This document shows, one piece after another, positions 36,574 to 39,451 of a DNA stretch of 39,451 bases. Source of the DNA: a virus. Taxonomy: Duplodnaviria; Caudoviricetes. The notes beneath the pieces were generated by a model. The model was not told where the DNA came from and did not search any database. It was given only the letters and a program-made list of their open reading frames with translations. The number at the start of each line of letters is the position of its first letter. Position 1 is the stretch's first letter. The DNA is taken from positions 1 to 39,451 of IMG/VR virus record IMGVR_UViG_3300048687_000155. One strand, given 5' to 3'. Made by a program: the position numbers and the translations under genes.

Positions 36574-38076
36574 ATGGCCAGGGAAATTGAATACGACGGA
36601 AAAGTCCACGAGTTTCCTGACGATGCGACGGATGCCGAAATCCGTTCAGCGCTAGGGGGAACGCAGCCTGCGACAGCGACGCCTCCCACAGAGGGCGTGG
36701 TTATGGATACGCTACGCAAATTCGCGCCTCAAACCGCAAAAGACGTTGTTGCTATCGGGGAACTGCTGCAGGGCTTTACTTCCGGCGCAGCAAATACATT
36801 AGTACATGGGCCAGCCACGTTGATGGGGCTTGCTACGCCTCTTACGAAACAACTTGCCACGGCACCTGATACACCCATGGGGCAAGCAGGCAGGTTTATC
36901 GAGCAGGGCGCTGAATTCATGATCCCCGGTATGGGCGCAGCTAAGGGAGCAGCGCTCCTGAAGAACGCTCCTCGGGTTGCACAGGTCCTGGGGCGAGCCG
37001 GGATGGAAGCAGCAGGAGCGGGAACGTTAGCAGCTATTCAATCTGGCGGTGACCCGGAAGCGGCACGCAACGCAGCATTGCTGGGTGGTGGAATCTCGGC
37101 AGTAACGGGAGCCCTCCCGCTGGTGGCGCCGGCATTGAAAGAGGCCGCGTCAACGCAGTATGCGCGAGTTCTGAACCCAACAAAGGAAAAGACTAAAGCG
37201 ATTGCAGCGAAGATTCGCCCTGAGATGCTCAGCCGGGGCATGTGGGCGGGCAGCTTGCCGCGAATGCTCGAGAGCACGCAATCCCGGCTGGGTGTTCTCG
37301 GACAGCAAATAGATGATGCCTGGGAAGCGATGAATCAAGCAGGGGTTCAGGCGCGAATTGAGCCGCTGCTAACGCGTCTCGATGATTTCAGCACCGATGC
37401 TTTCCACGGGACAACACCCAGTGGAAAACTTGCCCCTTTAGGTGACGAAGCAGTACAAGCGGCAAAAGAAGTTGAGGGAATCAAGAAGCACATAATCGGC
37501 TTATCGGAAGTTGATCCGGCTACAGGAGAACGTGTCATTACCTCGGATTCCTTCCTGCGCCTGCGCCGATTCTGGGACAAGGTCGCCGACCAGGCTGGGG
37601 CTCATCAGAAGGATCTCAATTCCTGGATTCCCGCAGAGATCAACAAAGAAGCCGCGGATATCGCGAGGAGCGAATTAGCAAAAGCCCGGCCTGACTTAGC
37701 TGCCATCAACAAGGAATTCTCGCTTCACAAGGACATGGAGACGGTCCTGAAGTCCACGATAGGGCGCCGGGTGGGGCAGCAGAAACCGCTCACGCGCCAG
37801 TTAATGAAGGCATCCGGCGTGGCTGCAGGCAGTAGTGTTGGGGGTCCTATCGGAGCTGTTATCGGGTCTATCGGAATGGATCAACTGCAGGGGCTCGTAT
37901 CTTCCGCGGCATGGGGAACACTAAGCGCGGTGGGAAAGAACAAACTGGCGGAAGCCTTAGCGAGAGGGGAAAGAGGTCCGGCCCTTTTTTACCTCAACCA
38001 ACTACTGCGTACTGCCGGGATGCCCATGATCACAAAAGACCGAGAGCCTACTTCAACACCCGTTTCCAATCCGTAA
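36574..38076 (+). CDS. DNA ejection protein (gp16-like position)
   Basis: N-terminal EFPDDATDAEI; Gly/Ala membrane-like segments; last structural gene. Confidence 0.65.
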   Translation: MAREIEYDGKVHEFPDDATDAEIRSALGGTQPATATPPTEGVVMDTLRKFAPQTAKDVVAIGELLQGFTSGAANTLVHGPATLMGLATPLTKQLATAPDTPMGQAGRFIEQGAEFMIPGMGAAKGAALLKNAPRVAQVLGRAGMEAAGAGTLAAIQSGGDPEAARNAALLGGGISAVTGALPLVAPALKEAASTQYARVLNPTKEKTKAIAAKIRPEMLSRGMWAGSLPRMLESTQSRLGVLGQQIDDAWEAMNQAGVQARIEPLLTRLDDFSTDAFHGTTPSGKLAPLGDEAVQAAKEVEGIKKHIIGLSEVDPATGERVITSDSFLRLRRFWDKVADQAGAHQKDLNSWIPAEINKEAADIARSELAKARPDLAAINKEFSLHKDMETVLKSTIGRRVGQQKPLTRQLMKASGVAAGSSVGGPIGAVIGSIGMDQLQGLVSSAAWGTLSAVGKNKLAEALARGERGPALFYLNQLLRTAGMPMITKDREPTSTPVSNP

Positions 38077-38121
38077 TTGTAATCAGCACAATCATAAACA
38101 ACCAGCATCCCCAATCCAGCA

Positions 38122-38643
38122 TCAAACGGTTCCCGCCTGCTTCGCGATCTTGCGTAGCTCGTCTATCGGAATATCCGTTCGTCCCTTCCCGATCCGAAGC
38201 ATTGCTTCTCTCAACGTCTTATAATCCCTGAGCTTTTTAGCCTCGTATTTGATCTGCATCTGCATCAGTAGAATGTGAGCTTCAATCTGCTCTGCGGTGG
38301 CTTCGCCAAGTGTGATCCAATCGCATTCTCCGTACGCTGCAGGGTTTTCTCTATCGAGCGGCACGCTTACCTCATCGTCTAAATCCAATTTGTCGGTTCC
38401 GAGATCCAGGCACAGTTGCCTGATATCCGCTAACGTCTCTCCGGATTCCGCTTGTTTCTTGCGCAATATTCGTATGCGGGCATCAAGAGCTTCGAGCAGC
38501 AACGTTTCCGAGTACTGATCGACAATCGAGCGGTAGTGTATCGCTACCCAAGCGGACAGGTCGCGTACCTTTTTGCCTTCAGATCTACGGATTGCTTCCT
38601 GCATTGCTTCCGTCAAAGTATGAATGAGTGCCGCTGTTGTCAT
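38122..38643 (-). CDS. Hypothetical protein
   Basis: ATGA overlap with the upstream minus-strand gene. Confidence 0.6.
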   Translation of the reverse strand: MTTAALIHTLTEAMQEAIRRSEGKKVRDLSAWVAIHYRSIVDQYSETLLLEALDARIRILRKKQAESGETLADIRQLCLDLGTDKLDLDDEVSVPLDRENPAAYGECDWITLGEATAEQIEAHILLMQMQIKYEAKKLRDYKTLREAMLRIGKGRTDIPIDELRKIAKQAGTV

Positions 38644-39314
38644 TTTTCGTACTCCTCAAGTAATTGGGCTAAGGTCATTTGCGCCTGGCGTATCGTAACA
38701 GGCCAGTCATTGCTGTAGGAATAGTACTGTTTCATCCACGCCACCACTTCCGGCAGTGCTGCGGCGGGAACAGCAAGCTTTTCAACCGATTCAAAAACAT
38801 CGGAGTACCGGTACCGAAGTTCGCTGCTTTCCTCTACTTCTGCCTGATATTCTTTGGCTTTCCGTTCCTCTTCCAGGTCCCGTGGAGGAGGTGGTGGCAA
38901 CTTCGCCTTCACTTGCCGCATCACTTCGTTCAACACTTGTTTCATCGTAGGTTGTGGTCCATTTGTTTCGACGGCGGCTTGCCATACCGCACGTTGGTCC
39001 TCTGGTAAGAGTGAAGTTAAAGGGCGAACTTGTGCTTCAGTCAGAGGCTTGGATACATTTGTATCCAAGGTGCCAATTGGCGCCAGATTCTCCACCACCC
39101 CAGCAGCCCTGATTTGCTTGTTCGCATAATCTCTACTCCACCCCCAACGCCCCTTGCAGTACTCCTCGAACGTTGGATACTCCTCGCGATATAACCGGTG
39201 GTCCCGGATTTCTAGCAGCGCCTGCCCCACCTCGACAAACGTCTGGATACCGCGCTCGATGACACGCTCACAGGCATCCAGTGTTCGGATGGGGACGGCA
39301 GATGGCTCACTCAT
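38640..39314 (-). CDS. Conserved phage early protein, putative DNA-binding
   Basis: FVEVGQALLEIRD.RLYR..Y.TFEEYC..RWG; EAQVRPL. Confidence 0.7.
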   Translation of the reverse strand: MSEPSAVPIRTLDACERVIERGIQTFVEVGQALLEIRDHRLYREEYPTFEEYCKGRWGWSRDYANKQIRAAGVVENLAPIGTLDTNVSKPLTEAQVRPLTSLLPEDQRAVWQAAVETNGPQPTMKQVLNEVMRQVKAKLPPPPPRDLEEERKAKEYQAEVEESSELRYRYSDVFESVEKLAVPAAALPEVVAWMKQYYSYSNDWPVTIRQAQMTLAQLLEEYEK

Positions 39315-39326
39315 TTTTAAATCCGC

Positions 39327-39451
39327 GGATTTCAGTCTCTTTCCCTTTCCATCGGGCTCGCGTCTTCTCTAACTCGCGATTCAGTTCAAGCATTAGCTTC
39401 TGATGCTTCTCGCGCCGAAGGCGCTCCCGTATGCCTGCTTTAATCGGGTCG
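39327..39451. repeat. Direct terminal repeat, copy 2
   Basis: Identical to 1-125. Confidence 0.95.

Overview
Apparently complete, circularly assembled ~39.3 kb P22-like podovirus genome; bases 1-125 repeat exactly at 39327-39451. A leftward early module (VRR-NUC nuclease, Gp157, putative annealing protein, RHH regulator) diverges at ~3061-3124 from a rightward module (PAPS-reductase-like protein, NrS-1-type prim-pol, AAA helicase, iteron-like origin). Packaging and virion genes follow: TerS, TerL split into two genes 5.4 kb apart, portal, scaffold, coat, two gp4-like adaptors, tailspike, gp10 hub and ejection proteins. Highlights: (1) a TIGR-like array of ~14 units of 36 nt with paired 9-nt spacers, running into a nuclease-less Nop/IS110-C-terminal protein (TasA-like), inside the split terminase; (2) a one-spacer type I-G-like CRISPR fragment; (3) 18 copies of CGCTRAAGCG, nearly all oriented with transcription, one inserted into a TIGR repeat; (4) an IS200/IS605-type mini-element, four free-standing HNH/EndoVII genes and an ART-PolyVal protein. 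No integrase or endolysin was recognised. Family calls come from motif recognition by eye, not database searches.
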